DNA of 63,270 nt, the filler included, from Reclinomonas americana ATCC 50394 (Eukaryota): assembly GCA_048213135.1 (NCBI GenBank). It is 3 parts of 3 records of this genome, joined end to end, with 100 filler letters (N's around TTAATTAATTAA, not from the genome) between each part and the next. Parts side by side here need not be neighbours in the genome. Positions count along the whole stretch, not along the records: positions 30,011 to 59,800 come from PS015618.1; 2 more parts are not named here. One strand, 5' to 3'. This document shows positions 29,967-42,492 of the stretch, piece after piece. A program made the position numbers and the translations under genes. Position 1 is the stretch's first letter. Every line of letters starts with the position of its first letter. Under the pieces are notes generated by a model. It was not told the origin of the DNA. It did not search any database and worked only from the letters and a program-made list of their open reading frames with translations.

Positions 29967-30285
29967 NNNNNNNNNNNNNNNNNNNNNNNNNNNNNNNNNN
30001 NNNNNNNNNNCTTTCCCTTCGAAGCACTACTCCTCTCATTCTCGTGGCCATCGCTTACTTGCTTGTCGCCCTGGTCTTCTCTCCCTGTTTTACTGTCGCG
30101 CTGTCCCTCCTCTCATTCCCCCCTGCTTCTCTCTTCCATCTCCGTCTTCTTCCCCTCTCACTGTCTCCCCCCTGTCCTTGTGTCGCACTGTTCTCCTTTC
30201 TCTGTCCCCACTTCTCTCGCCTTCTCTTTCCCCTTTCCCCTGTCTCCCTCACCCTTCCCCCTTTTCCCCTTCCCCCTCACCGCAG

Positions 30286-31204
30286 CTCAAGCTCAGCCGC
30301 AACCACCACCACGCCCGCGCACGCTGGGTCGAGCTCCGCGGCTCTCGCATCTACTGGTGCCGCTTCCACAACGACACCCGCCCGCATGCCTTTTTCGAGG
30401 TGTGCCTTGCCTCCCCCCTCATCATCTTCTCCTCCTCGCTCCTCACTCACTCCTCCCCCCTGCGCACAGCTCACCGACATCACCTCGATGTTCACGTACG
30501 TGTCACCGTCGCTGGCTCCGGCGCTGCGCATCAACACCCGCTCGCGCGCCTACGTGTTTGTCGACGAGACCTCGGCGCCGTGCGACATGACCAACATCAA
30601 CGAGTGGCGCGACGCCATCACCGATGCCATGCTGCAGGCGGGTCTGGAGCCGCCGCCAGTGAGCGAGGCCGGACACCCGGTGGTGGCCTCGGCGCAGGTG
30701 CCGCCGGGCATGGTGCCGGCCCACGTGCACTACATTCCCGTGCCGCAGGAGGACGGCAGTGTGATTATTGTGGCGAGCCCGGTGCCGGACAACTCCCACG
30801 ATGTCGTTGCGTCCCTGCTCCTGCACTTCTTTTCTCCCCTTCCCTCTGTCTCATCATTTCTCACGCAGCCCACCATCGACCCCACCATGGTGCCACGTCC
30901 GCGTCAGCCGTCGTCGTCATCATCGACCACCACCACCACGACGACCGCCTCGTCGGGCATGACCCCGATGCCGCCGTCACCGCAGGTCGTTGCCCCGCCG
31001 CCGCCTTACCCGGTGGTGTCGACCGTGCAGCGGTCGGCCGCCGCCTCGCCTGGCGTGGGCATGTTTGTGGCCCCCACCGGCACCATCAATCCGGGCAGCA
31101 CCACCACTACCACAGTGCCGAGTGCGCCGGTGGCGCGCGACCCGCTGTTCGGGCTCGGCTCCGACGACAGTGACGAGCAACATTCCGTCAGTCGTCGCGT
31201 GTAA
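30286..31204 (+). CDS. PH-domain protein with Pro/Ser/Thr-rich tail (5'-partial)
   Basis: RARWVELRGSRIYW...LRINTRSRAYVF...NINEWRDAITDAM matches the PH strand and C-terminal helix pattern with conserved Trp. Confidence 0.7.
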
Positions 31205-31457
31205 ATAGCCAGGGGTGCTGTTGTACATAGATCTGCGAGAGAGAAGAGATGACGCGCACGATTGCAAGAGAAAAAAGAGACATGAATACAAAAGAAATGC
31301 AACCCTCACTAGTTTCGGCAACAAGGTAGATCCACGCTAAAGGTATTCTCCTTCCTGTCCCCTCCTTTTCATCCTGCTTCTCAGTTTTCGGCAGAAATAG
31401 AAGCCATAACCTCCGCATTATCTCTGCCTCCCCACCACTCCTCCCCTCCTTTCAGCA

Positions 31458-31850
31458 TTAACAAAAGCCATTTCCATTCCGTTTATAAATCTGTACAAAT
31501 TATCTCTCTCCCACTGTCTCGTTCTCCTCCTCCTGCTTCTCAATCACCTCATATTCCACTTACTAGCATCTTTGTACACCGGTGGCTCTCTCTCTTCCTC
31601 CCCTCTCCGCTCTTCTGCTTCTCGGTTTTAACAGGAGCCACTTCCCATTCCATTTATTCAATATATCTCTCACCCACTGTCTCCTTCTCCTCCTCCTGCT
31701 TCTCAGTCACCTCACATTCCATTGATTAGCACCTCTGTACACAAGTGGCACTCTCTCTCCTCCACTTCCCCCTGCCTCCCCTCTCCTGCTTCACAGTTTC
31801 CGCACAAAACAAAAGCCACTTCCCATTCCATTTATTATCACCTCTACACA
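31458..31850. repeat. Degenerate ~170-180-bp tandem repeat (about 2.3 copies), AT/CT-rich
   Basis: aaca(a/g)(a/g)agccac/tttcccattcc...ttctcctcctcctgcttctca...tagca.ct.tgtacac recurs near 31460, 31630 and 31808. Confidence 0.7.
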
Positions 31851-33667
31851 TCAATGGCATTCTCTCTCCCTCTCCTCCTCTCTTCCCCCACCTCCCCCAC
31901 CTCTTCCTCCTCCTCTTGCTTCTCCCCCCTGTCCCCCTCTGCTCTCTCACTGGCGTCATTACGATTATTATTGGTGCGCTCAGTGTCCCCGGCAAATCCA
32001 TCGATGCCACCACCTGCGTCGTCGTCGTAGTTGTCGTTGTCCGGGAGCTCCGTGAGAACCTGGTGCGAGTCGTGCGCATGCGCGCCACCCCTACGATGCG
32101 AGGGAATCAAGTGCGGTCGTAACCGGCGGTGCAGGTACTTGAGCACCACCGCCATCACGCCGCCAAATAGCGTGATGCAGCCGCACACGACAATGCCGGT
32201 GGCGTAGGAGCCGGTGCGCGTCAGCGACAGGCCGAGAATGCCGGGCCCGAGCCAGCCACCGACGTTGCCGATCGAGACGACAATGGCGGTGCCGACGGCC
32301 TTGGAGGTGCCGCCGTGCAGACTCTCCGACAACCACGCAATGGTCGGCGCCAGCATGCACCACGCCGCACTCGACACAAACACCAGCACCACGTACTGGA
32401 AGGCCAGGCTGCCGGTGGAGATGGCCACGCCCATCAGGAAGAAGCACACACCGGAAACGGTGGCCGGCACCGTAATGTGCCACGCGCGCTCGTGTGTGCG
32501 ATCCGAGTGGAGCGCGTTGAAGAGCGTGAACACGAGAGCGACGGCATACACCGGCACCGTCATGAGGTTGCTGACGAGCGAGCCGAAGCCCGTCGACGCA
32601 ATCAGCGTCGGCAGGAAAAACGCGACCCCATAAAACGGCAGCACCATGCAAAAGTAGACGAGCGCCGTCATCCACAGATTCCAGTCCAACACCGTCTGCT
32701 TCACCTCCACGCACGAAATCGACCGATCGGCGTGACCCGTCGCGTGCCCGAGGCGCGCACATGCAATGTACCGCTCACGCTCCGTCAGCCACTTGGAGTC
32801 GGCCGGGCGATCCGGCAGCACGAACCAGGTGAGGATGCCGAACAGCACCGTCACCGAACCCTCCACGAGAAAGATCCACTGCCAGCCGCGCAGGCCTCCA
32901 TAGCCGTCCAACTGCAACAAGAAGTACGCCACAACGCCGCCAAACACGCCCGCCACCGTCGACGACGAGAAGAACAGAGCGATGCGCAGCGCCTGCTCCG
33001 CCGGCTTGAACCACAGCGTCAGGTAAAACACAATGCCCGGAAAGAAGCCGGCCTCCGCAATGCCCAAGAAGAGGCGCGCCACGCACAAGCCCGTCAGATT
33101 GTTGACAAACACCATCAGTGCAGTGATGAGACCCCAGGTGAACATGATGCGGGCGTTCCACAGCGACGGGCTGGTCTTTTTCAGAATCATGTTGCTCGGC
33201 ACCTCGAACAGGCAGTAGCCAATGAAGAAGACGCCAACGGCGGTGGTGTAGTCGGTGGCGGTGAGGTGCAAGTCGGCGAGCAGTGAGTCGTGCGCGTTGG
33301 AGAGGTTGACGCGGTCGAGGAAGGAGAGCATGTAGAGCACGGAGGCGTAGGGAATGATGCGGACGGTCATTTTGTGCACGAGAAGGCGTTCTTCCTCGGC
33401 TGTCCACGGACTGAGACAGAGAGGGAGGAGTGAGGATGCAGAGTGTGAGGGTGGTGCTCTCTCTCTCTCTGTGTGTGTGTGCTCACCCCTGTGCATTGCT
33501 TGCAACGCTGTCCTTGTCGGCGACGGGAGATGCAGATGATGATGCATGTTCCTCATCATGCAATCGTTGCGATGGACTGTGTGCGTGTGAGAGAGAGATA
33601 GGGTGAGCATGGACACAGGGAGAGGAGAGTGGTGCATTTTGCAAGGACGTAACTGCGTGCTGGCCAT
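31844..33667 (-). CDS. MFS transporter, anion:cation symporter (Dal5/TtuB-like) family; C-terminal end uncertain
   Basis: SFLDRVNLSNA, FFIGYCLFEVPSNM, ARLFLGIAEAGFFPG, GLRGWQWIFLVEG, PADSKWLTERER and SDRTHER; two short N-terminal introns. Confidence 0.92.
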   Translation of the reverse strand: MASTQLRPCKMHHSPLPVSMLTLSLSHTHTVHRNDCMMRNMHHHLHLPSPTRTALQAMHRGEHTHTERERAPPSHSASSLLPLCLSPWTAEEERLLVHKMTVRIIPYASVLYMLSFLDRVNLSNAHDSLLADLHLTATDYTTAVGVFFIGYCLFEVPSNMILKKTSPSLWNARIMFTWGLITALMVFVNNLTGLCVARLFLGIAEAGFFPGIVFYLTLWFKPAEQALRIALFFSSSTVAGVFGGVVAYFLLQLDGYGGLRGWQWIFLVEGSVTVLFGILTWFVLPDRPADSKWLTERERYIACARLGHATGHADRSISCVEVKQTVLDWNLWMTALVYFCMVLPFYGVAFFLPTLIASTGFGSLVSNLMTVPVYAVALVFTLFNALHSDRTHERAWHITVPATVSGVCFFLMGVAISTGSLAFQYVVLVFVSSAAWCMLAPTIAWLSESLHGGTSKAVGTAIVVSIGNVGGWLGPGILGLSLTRTGSYATGIVVCGCITLFGGVMAVVLKYLHRRLRPHLIPSHRRGGAHAHDSHQVLTELPDNDNYDDDAGGGIDGFAGDTERTNNNRNDASERAEGDRGEKQEEEEEVGEVGEERRRGRENAIDV

Positions 33668-33784
33668 CGCTCTGCCCAGGCGACGTTCAATGTGTGGGCG
33701 CGTGTGGGACAAGGCGACGCACGCTGGACCACGCTGGCAGTTGACGAAGGACGGTAGGAGGGTGGTAGATGTAGTAGGTACTCA

Positions 33785-36249
33785 ATGCGCGTGACGAGCA
33801 GCTTCCACCTGCCTCCTCCTCCCAACAACTTCAAACGCATGCGCAGGACACTATTTCGAACGCAACAATCACGCGACGAACTCCCCACCTCGCCCTCGGC
33901 CTTGCTGTGGCCCTCATTGCTGTGTGCATTGTACTCCTACACAGCATGCTTCACGACGACGACGAAGCCGCGGAAGACAGAGTGGCTGTCGGTGAGAGAC
34001 AGACAGACAGACAGAGAAACACACGCAGATTGCTCATTCCCGCCAGCAGCACCACTGGCACTCTCAGCAAGACAATGGATCGATGTGAGAGACGATGGTA
34101 TGCATGCATTCCCCTCTTCTCGTTTATCTCTTCTCCTTTCCCTCACTCTCACACNNNNNNNNNNNNNNNNNNNNNNNNNNNNNNNNNNNNNNNNNNNNNN
34201 NNNNNNNNNNNNNNNNNNNNNNNNNNNNNNNNNNNNNNNNNNNNNNNNNNNNNNNNNNNNNNNNNNNNNNNNNNNNNNNNNNNNNNNNNNNNNNNNNNNN
34301 NNNNNNNNNNNNNNNNNNNNNNNNNNNNNNNNNNNNNNNNNNNNNNNNNNNNNNNNNNNNNNNNNNNNNNNNNNNNNNNNNNNNNNNNNNNNNNNNNNNN
34401 NNNNNNNNNNNNNNNNNNNNNNNNNNNNNNNNNNNNNNNNNNNNNNNNNNNNNNNNNNNNNNNNNNNNNNNNNNNNNNNNNNNNNNNNNNNNNNNNNNNN
34501 NNNNNNNNNNNNNNNNNNNNNNNNNNNNNNNNNNNNNNNNNNNNNNNNNNNNNNNNNNNNNNNNNNNNNNNNNNNNNNNNNNNNNNNNNNNNNNNNNNNN
34601 NNNNNNNNNNNNNNNNNNNNNNNNNNNNNNNNNNNNNNNNNNNNNNNNNNNNNNNNNNNNNNNNNNNNNNNNNNNNNNNNNNNNNNNNNNNNNNNNNNNN
34701 NNNNNNNNNNNNNNNNNNNNNNNNNNNNNNNNNNNNNNNNNNNNNNNNNNNNNNNNNNNNNNNNNNNNNNNNNNNNNNNNNNNNNNNNNNNNNNNNNNNN
34801 NNNNNNNNNNNNNNNNNNNNNNNNNNNNNNNNNNNNNNNNNNNNNNNNNNNNNNNNNNNNNNNNNNNNNNNNNNNNNNNNNNNNNCATCCGTACTGGGAT
34901 CCGCGATTTGCCGATGTGGTGCGTCTGTCGTACTTGCCAGCATATCTCTCTCTTTGCGGGCTCACGCTCAGTGTGACGCACAGAAATTGTGGCAAGTTCG
35001 TGAATTCGTGCTGCAAGTCGAGGATTTTGCGAGGGAGCAGGCGGGCTTGTGGCAGGGTGACGGCATTGGTGCGTGAAGAGTGAGTGACTCCGCAGCAGAA
35101 TGACATCGCCTCACGGTCTCTTGCAGCTCCACCCGTAATCATGGTTGGCGACTTCAACTCGCTGCCCTGGAGTGCCGTCTACTCGTACCTGGCCGAGCAG
35201 CGCGTCGATCCGGCACACCCCGAAGTGCAGGTGAAGATGGGTGAGGAGATTGTTGTTGTGCGCTCTTGACGTTTAACTGCTGCATGTTGCAGCTCGACCC
35301 CACTGGTTTCCTGTCCACCATGGAGCTGGAGAGTGCGCTCCGCTTTACCAGGTGCGCCCATGGTTTCCCCCATTTCCTAGACACCGCCGTCGCTCACTCG
35401 TCGCACAGTGTGTACTCGTTGGTGCCGGAGCACGCCCAGAGTGAGGCTCCTCCGCACGCACTGCGTCGGCCAGAGGAATACGAACCTCTTGTGGCGGCCG
35501 TCTCGGAAAGAGAGGCACACTTCACCACCCTCACACCGACGTTTGCTGGCGTGCTGGATTACTTGTGGTACTGTCCGGCGGCAGATGGCGCCACATGGAC
35601 CGTTGGTCGCCATTTGCTGCCGCAACGAGCACTACAACTGCCGACTCTGGATGACATTGAGGGGGATGGTGCGTCGCTCTTTCTCACTCATTATGATTTT
35701 CTCTTTTTTTTCTTGCCTGTTCAACCCGTTTCCTGACTCTCTCCCATATACTCTTCTGTCTCGCCCTCCTCTCTCTCTCCCCTCATCCCTTTGATGTTCT
35801 TTGTGTCCTTCTCATTCTTCTTCTCCTCTTATTCTTCTTCTTCGTCGTGTTCTCTCTTTTCACCCTCACACACGCATACACTCGTTGCTCTTTGTCCCTC
35901 CCTCCTTCGCTTCTCTTCCCTCGTCTTCTTCTCCTTACATTCTCTTCCCCTGTCCTCTTCTTCCGTTCCGTTCCCCTTAGTTCCTTTCCCCTCCTTCTGT
36001 CGCTCTCGAACGCTTTGCACTCTGTGCCTCCCTCCCTCTCTCTACCCTCTTCTTTTCGCCCTCTCTCTCTTCTCTCTTTACTTCCTCCCTTCACCTCCCC
36101 TTCTTCCTTCTCTCTCTCCTCGCTCACCATGACCGCCAGAATGGAGGAGAGGAGACCACGCACAAACGCGTGGCGCCCCCAACGAGCGCTTCCCCAGCGA
36201 CCACTTCCTCCTGTGCGCCGAGTTCGCCTGGGTGAGACCCGACACGTGA
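33785..36249 (+). CDS. CCR4/nocturnin/angel-family EEP deadenylase-like protein (middle in gap, start uncertain)
   Basis: HPYWDPRFADVKLWQ, PVIMVGDFNSLPWSAVY, FTTLTPTFAGVLDYLWY and PNERFPSDHFLL. Confidence 0.85.
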
Positions 36250-36291
36250 AACTGCAAATACAAGAAAACCTTCGATGTGCTACTATCGTCT

Positions 36292-37139
36292 TTAAAAGAA
36301 TTTAACACCCGACCGCTCCTGGTCGCCACTCCCAAAGATACGCGCCTTGCCGGCCTCCTCCAGGCACTCGACAATCTTCAAAAAGTAGCCAGTCGGCAGC
36401 CCATGAAACTCTGCAAGCAGTCGTGTGAGAAAACAAGTCGCCGCACCCACCCATGCAGCACACACCTTGTCCCTCGCCCGTCGGCCCCTCAATCAACTCA
36501 AACACCGTGTACACCGTGTCGTTGCCGCCCACAGAAACCACCTGCAACACAGCAAAACTCAGCACAAGAAGCACTGAATCAGCACAAGCGCCTCGACGCA
36601 CCCACTGATACACAATCTGCGCCCACTCGATTGGTTTCCTCCAAAACACATAACATGAGCGACCAGGCTCGTGCCACACTCCTCGCCCTGCGCAACCACC
36701 ACTCTAAGACGAGTGAAAGAGACAACACTCCACTTGCACACACGCGCGCGCACCTGTGCTGACCAGCTCCTCGAAAACGAGTCGAATGAGCTCGGCGTCT
36801 GCTTTCCCTGCAGACACAGAGAGAGTGAGCGCAGAGAGAGAGAGAGACACAGACAGAGACACAGGCACAACTCGCGCAACTCGCAATCAGTGCATTCTCA
36901 AACAAGCCCGACGCATACAACACACGCTCGTTGTCGAGTGACAGCTCGTGTACTTGGTGTCTCTGTGCCCAGTCGACCACCAGCGATGCCCACAAGGCGA
37001 GTTGTCGCGCGCGAGTGGCCAGTGTCGGCTGCAGAGTGTACGAGGGTGGAAAGCGATGGAACTCGGGGAATTCACTGGCTTCGCGGGCGGCGGCTGCAGG
37101 GATGGCGGTGGTGGAGGAGGAGGAAGAGGAGGAGGCCAT
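36292..37139 (-). CDS. VPS25: ESCRT-II subunit VPS25; 4 introns
   Basis: FPEFHRFPPSYTLQP..TRARQLALW, VFWRKPIEWAQIVYQWV, TVYTVFELIEG, EFHGL and C-terminal GVKFF*. Confidence 0.93.
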
Positions 37140-37246
37140 GGTGTTGGCGAGACAAGACAAGACAATGATATGAAGGGACAGGGGACGAGCGATCAAGTGT
37201 CTCGTGACTTCTCACTCTCCCCCTTACATGCCGTACACCAGGGTGC

Positions 37247-40200
37247 CTATTGCATGAGGAAGAAGCGTGCGAAGCCTGCAACTTCTTGACCTAAGGTGCG
37301 TTGGATGCAGAGAGAGAGAGAGGTGAGAGAGAGAGAGATCACAGAACCACTCCCTTGTCTTCTCTTGCATCTCTCTCCGTCAGGCGTTTTTACTAACAGA
37401 TATACGTGAAACAGTTGGATCTGTGCATGCGAGAGTGGGGTGAGTACGAGGCGCGGTGAGCGAGTCCACCAGTCCAGCACGAACCCGCTGAAACACTGCA
37501 GGTGATGGAGAGGGAAAAGAGTCAGAACCACGCAAACACGGAGCGGCTTCTCCTATTGCACTATCTCGCCAGCAAGTAGCTCCTCTTTCCCTCTCTCATT
37601 CTCGCTCGATTCCTTCTTTCGTTCCTGTATTTGCATCATGACTTTCTGGGTCCTTCGGCCTCCTCGCCGTTTTCTTTCTCTCTCTCTCTCTCTCACTCGC
37701 TCGCTCGATATCTTTGTGTCTGTATTCGCATCACTCCTTGCCGTTCTCCTCGCTTGGTTCTCAATCCCTTTCACTTTTCTTCTTTCGTTCTTGTGTTTAC
37801 ATCATGACTTTCTCTGTTCGTAAGCAAGTGCCTGCCTCCTTGCCGTTCTTTTCGCTTGGTATTCAATCCCTTTCACTTTTCTTCTTTCGTTCTTGTTTGC
37901 ATCATGTTTTCCTCTTTTCGCAAGCAAGTTGCCTGTGGGTGCCTGCCTCCTTGCCGTTCTCTCTCTCTCTCTCTCGCTCAAATTCTTTGTGTCTGTGTTC
38001 ACATCATGACTATCTCTGTTCGTAAGCAAGTGCCTGCCTCATTGCCGTTCTCCTCGCTTGCTTCTCGATTCTGTTCTCTTCCTCTCTCTCGATCCCTTCT
38101 TTCGTGCCTGTTTCTCCCACCACCGCTCTCCATTCGTCAGCAACTCTGTGATTTCTGTCTCTCTCTCCCTCCCCTTTCCTCCCTTTCCCTTCCCCCTTCC
38201 CTCCCTTTCCCCTCCCCCTTCCCTCCCTATCCGACTCGTACCTTGCTGCACTTTTCGCAAAACGTGCCCGTGTATTGCACCTGCATGCGACGTATGCAAG
38301 GGTGAGCAAGATATATGTATCATCAATCTCTACAAAGGCGCAACATTGCAGACGCAGTTGCCGGCCGCGTCGCATTGCCCTCGTCCGTTGCACTGCGCAC
38401 AGACTTGTCAATGGAAGAACACTCACTCGTTCATCGGCAACAGCATTCGCAACTTTCTCCACTGGTCGGCAGGAGCAGTCGGGACCACCGAAACTGTCCC
38501 CCGCGAAAGCAGGCGGTGAGAAAAAACTGAATGTGGCTTATACGAGCCACCCCCATCTGCCACTTTCTCACCCGACATAACACTTGCAAGTTCCTGTGAT
38601 GCCCTGGTTTCAGCACAAAGAGTAAATGGGGAAGAGGAGGGAGAGAAGAGACGAGCTCACCATCGGCATTGCACGTTCCACCATTATTGCACGTGGTCTG
38701 TGCGTTGCACACTGCCGGCGTCTGCATGCGCACACATATCGCGACTGTGTCAACGAATCGCACGTCATGAACCTCAGCACACTGAACCAACCGCGGACTT
38801 CTCGCAGCGAGTGCCCGAGTAACCCGACTTGCAGATGCAGCCGGTGCCAGTGAGGCCTTGCGAGCACGAAGCCGTTCCGGTGGCATCACTGGATGATTAC
38901 AAAACGTCAGGCATCTATATTGGACGACATGCACGCAGCGCAACCAGTTATCGAACCATAGTGAACACTGCAGCGAGCAACGAATGATGAGCAACCGGGT
39001 GCAACGACAGTCACTCTCACGAACTCACTTGGCCAGAGCAGTCGGCGCCAAAGTATCCAGTAGCACACGTGTCGCAACTCGCTCCGGAATAGTTGCCGGT
39101 GCATAGGCTTCAGAGACGCACGTGAGAGATGATCCAGAGCATGATTCTCAGTATCAACTGACACCCTCCCCACCCGCCCCTCCCACTCACCATGTACCCG
39201 TGGCGGTGCACGTTCCACGCCCGTTGCAGGTGGTGGCCGCCGAGCACTGGCACAGCGGACCACCAAAGCCAGTGGCACATACGCAGCCGGTGCCCGTTCT
39301 TCCCTGGCTGCACGACGCAGTGTTGGTGGCGATGCACGACGAGCACAGGTTGGAGCACGTGGCTCCCCAGCGACCGGCCGCGCACTCGGCACACAGGGCT
39401 CCGGTGAAATTCGCCACGCAAATGCACCCGCCAAGTGTGCCCGAAACACAGGTGCCAGTGCCTGTAGTGTAGCAGCTGCTGCACTGACTGGAGCACGTGG
39501 CTCCAAAGTATCCAGCTGCGCACGCATCGCAAGCAGCGCCGGTCCAGTTTGTCGCACACTGGCAGGTCCCAGCCGCCGTGCAGACACCGTTGCCCGAGCA
39601 AGTGGTAGCCGACGAGCACCCGGCTACCGACGCCTCGCTGACTGTGAGTGGTGCCGTCAGGCGATTACCGGTGCTGTCAGTGGCCGTCACCGAAAACGAC
39701 AGCGTTCCGCGAACGCCAGCCACCGCCAACTGCACTTGACCGCCGCTGCTGACTGTGACAGACTGAGCGACAGTCACCGTGTCGTTTGCATCCGGATCCA
39801 CGGCAGTTACCGTGCCAATAACAGTGCCGGCACTGGCGCCTGGAGCACAGAGGGGTCACAAAACGGGAAGTGCAGAGAGCACAAAGAGTGAGACAAACCA
39901 GACGGGTACGTGGCGTTGGAGAGCAAGATGCTGGTGGGTGCGCGGTTGGTGTTGGGGACCACAGCCGTTTGGCACAGTGTACCAGTGAAACCGGACGGAC
40001 ACGAGCAGCCACCGTCGCCCAGGCTGCCGTCACGGCACGTGCCGCCATTTTGGCAAGCAGGGCATGTACCTGTGTCGGAGAAGCCCGTCAGTTCGCCCCT
40101 CGCTGTGCGCAGAGGTGAAGGCATACAGAACAGACCGTCGCACTTGGCGCCAAAGTAGCCACTCGCACAAGTGCACGAAACCGAGCCAGCACTATTCACT

Positions 40201-42269
40201 GCACACGCTCCACGTCCAGAGCACCTGCACACGTGCGAGTGAGAATTCACTCGCCCTGTTCAACCATGTCGCGACCGCACGAACCACACGGTGCTGTCGC
40301 ACACACTGCAGGAGGAACCGGACCAGCCAGAGTTGCATGTGCATCCACCCGCGGTGTTGCAAGTGCCGCGACCATTGCTGCACGACAAGTAGAGTAAGAC
40401 ACTGCGAAAACGAACCGAGCACTCCAAACGCAGCGCACCATGTGGTTGCCGCATTGCATGTCGATGTGGTCAGCGAGCAGTTTGTCTTGGTAGAGCCGTT
40501 GATGCAGAGGCACGTGCCGTCATCTGCTCAGAGCGGGTGAGCGCGGAATTCCTATACATACAAACAAACACACACTGACCAAGACACAAGCCGCCGCCGC
40601 TGCAAGTCGTCGCTGGCGAGCAGGCAACAGGGTTCTGTGCGATATTGTGAATCGTGAGCATGTTGNNNNNNNNNNNNNNNNNNNNAGGGGGGGACACTTG
40701 AGCCAACAGATCCCTGCAACGAACCGGAACAAACGTGCGGCAGTACGGCCACTCGCCGTGCTTGTACGCTGGAGCGCACGCCTGGCATGTGGGGCCCTGT
40801 ACGCAGAGAGAGCGCGCGTGTCACAACAAGTGCATAACACAATGTGTCATGTGCTCCAGTGCATTACCTGGTACTGTACGTTGCAAACACACGATCCTGC
40901 ATTGCCGATGCGTGAGCACATGCCTTCTGCAAGCGAATGGCACAACAAGACACGCACCTCCAATACAGTTGCCAGCAGGCTGGTTGCAATCCGACTGCGA
41001 GACGCAATTGCCGGCCGAGACACCCGACTGTGTAGCCACAATGACAGTGAATACTCACCCCCTCGCCCTTCACAACACCGAAAGTACGCACTGCACTGCA
41101 CGAAGATCCGAGCCATCCCGACGTGCATTTGCACGTGTTGTCGGCGTTGCAGGTGCCGTGACCCGAGCTGAGCACACCGAGTCAGGAAACACAAATCAAG
41201 GGAAAGAAGAACAGCTCTTGCATCATCACAAACCAAGTGGAGGCAGCCGAGCACGTGGGAACTGCACACCACCAGGAAATGTCGTCAGCAGTGTGCACAC
41301 AGAAAGATCAGTGGTCGGTGAGACGCACCAACCGCAGCGCACAGCGACTGCGTGCACACAGACTTGGAGGTTGGGCACGAAGAGCACGAGGCGCCCGCCG
41401 AGTACGGATCACCACTGGCCACATTCTGCAACCAAAAGTCTGCACACTACTTTTTGCACGCACAGCGCGACAGACCAGCAGCACTCACCGCCGACGAAGC
41501 ATAGCGACACACCATCATCCTATACGCACGCAGATCAATCAACAAAGGGCCTGCATTCGCGTGTGTACCACGCACGTCACTGGGCACGCAACACGCCAAG
41601 ACCCGGGCACACCGCCGTGCCGCATCCCACGAGATCGTTGGAGGCGACCACGAGTTGCTGATAGTCGGCACAGTTGGCGCCCGGTGCACACGACTTCGGG
41701 AACGTCCACTTCGACGCTTGCGCAGTCCAGCGGGCAAACAACGCCAGCGGGGAAGCTACGCAAGCCCGTCAATCACTCACTGACATGAGGTACGTGCGAT
41801 CGGTGATCTACAAACCAGAAGCGTCACTCGACAGCACCACTGTCTCGCCTACGGCGCCAGAGCCACCCGCAGCCTGCCACGTCAGCGACGCGCTCACGTC
41901 GCGCACATTGATACACTGCGCGGCGTACGACGTTGCCTGCGCGGCAAGATCTGTGCATGCACGATCAGTAAGTATTTCAACTTCCTTCGACCTCTTCGCC
42001 TCCCTCTCACCAGTGTTCCACGACACGCGAAGCATGTTGGTGGCCGTGGGCGTCACAGCCGAGCGCGCAGCGTTCAGTGCAGTCACGAGTCCATCGGCAT
42101 CGGTTGCGCTCATCGAGGCCACATCGCGCACAAGAAACACTGTCGAGGTCGACAACGGTCGCAGTGCCTCGCTCGGCTGGCGGTTCTCGTCAGCGTGCGC
42201 ACACACACCGAGGAGCACGCAGAAGAGAGTGATCACGACAACGCGGAGGCAACGATCGCGCGCTCGCAT
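37247..42269 (-). CDS. Secreted or cell-surface protein: signal peptide, CAP/SCP-like domain, many EGF-like repeats, one cadherin-like domain; 3' end uncertain
   Basis: MRARDRCLRVVVITLFCVLLG; ALNAARSAV..NMLRVSWN..LAAQA..YAAQC and CADYQQLV..VGCGTAVC..MMVCRY; repeated CSGxGxC..CxC..GWxGxxC; NRAPTSILLS..GTVIGTVTAVDPD. Confidence 0.75.
37600..38080. repeat. Degenerate intronic tandem repeats (~100-200 bp units)
   Basis: catcatgact.tct..gttcgtaagcaagtgcctgcctc.ttgccgttct and ttcaatccctttcacttttcttctttcgttcttg recur several times. Confidence 0.7.
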
Positions 42270-42492
42270 GATGGGCGGAAACAAAAAATGGCGCGAAAAA
42301 TATCGGGACAGCTTTCGTCCGTCGTCGTCGTTCCTTTGCTGCCAGACTTTTGTTTCTTTGGAGTGCGCGTCAGTGAGAGAGAGAGAAGCAGCAAAGAGAG
42401 ACGGAGTTGTATCTAACAAATTTCTGTTCATTTCATTACGCTACTTGTCGCAGCAGCGATGCGGCACTCGTGCGATTGCTCGAGGCCTGTGC

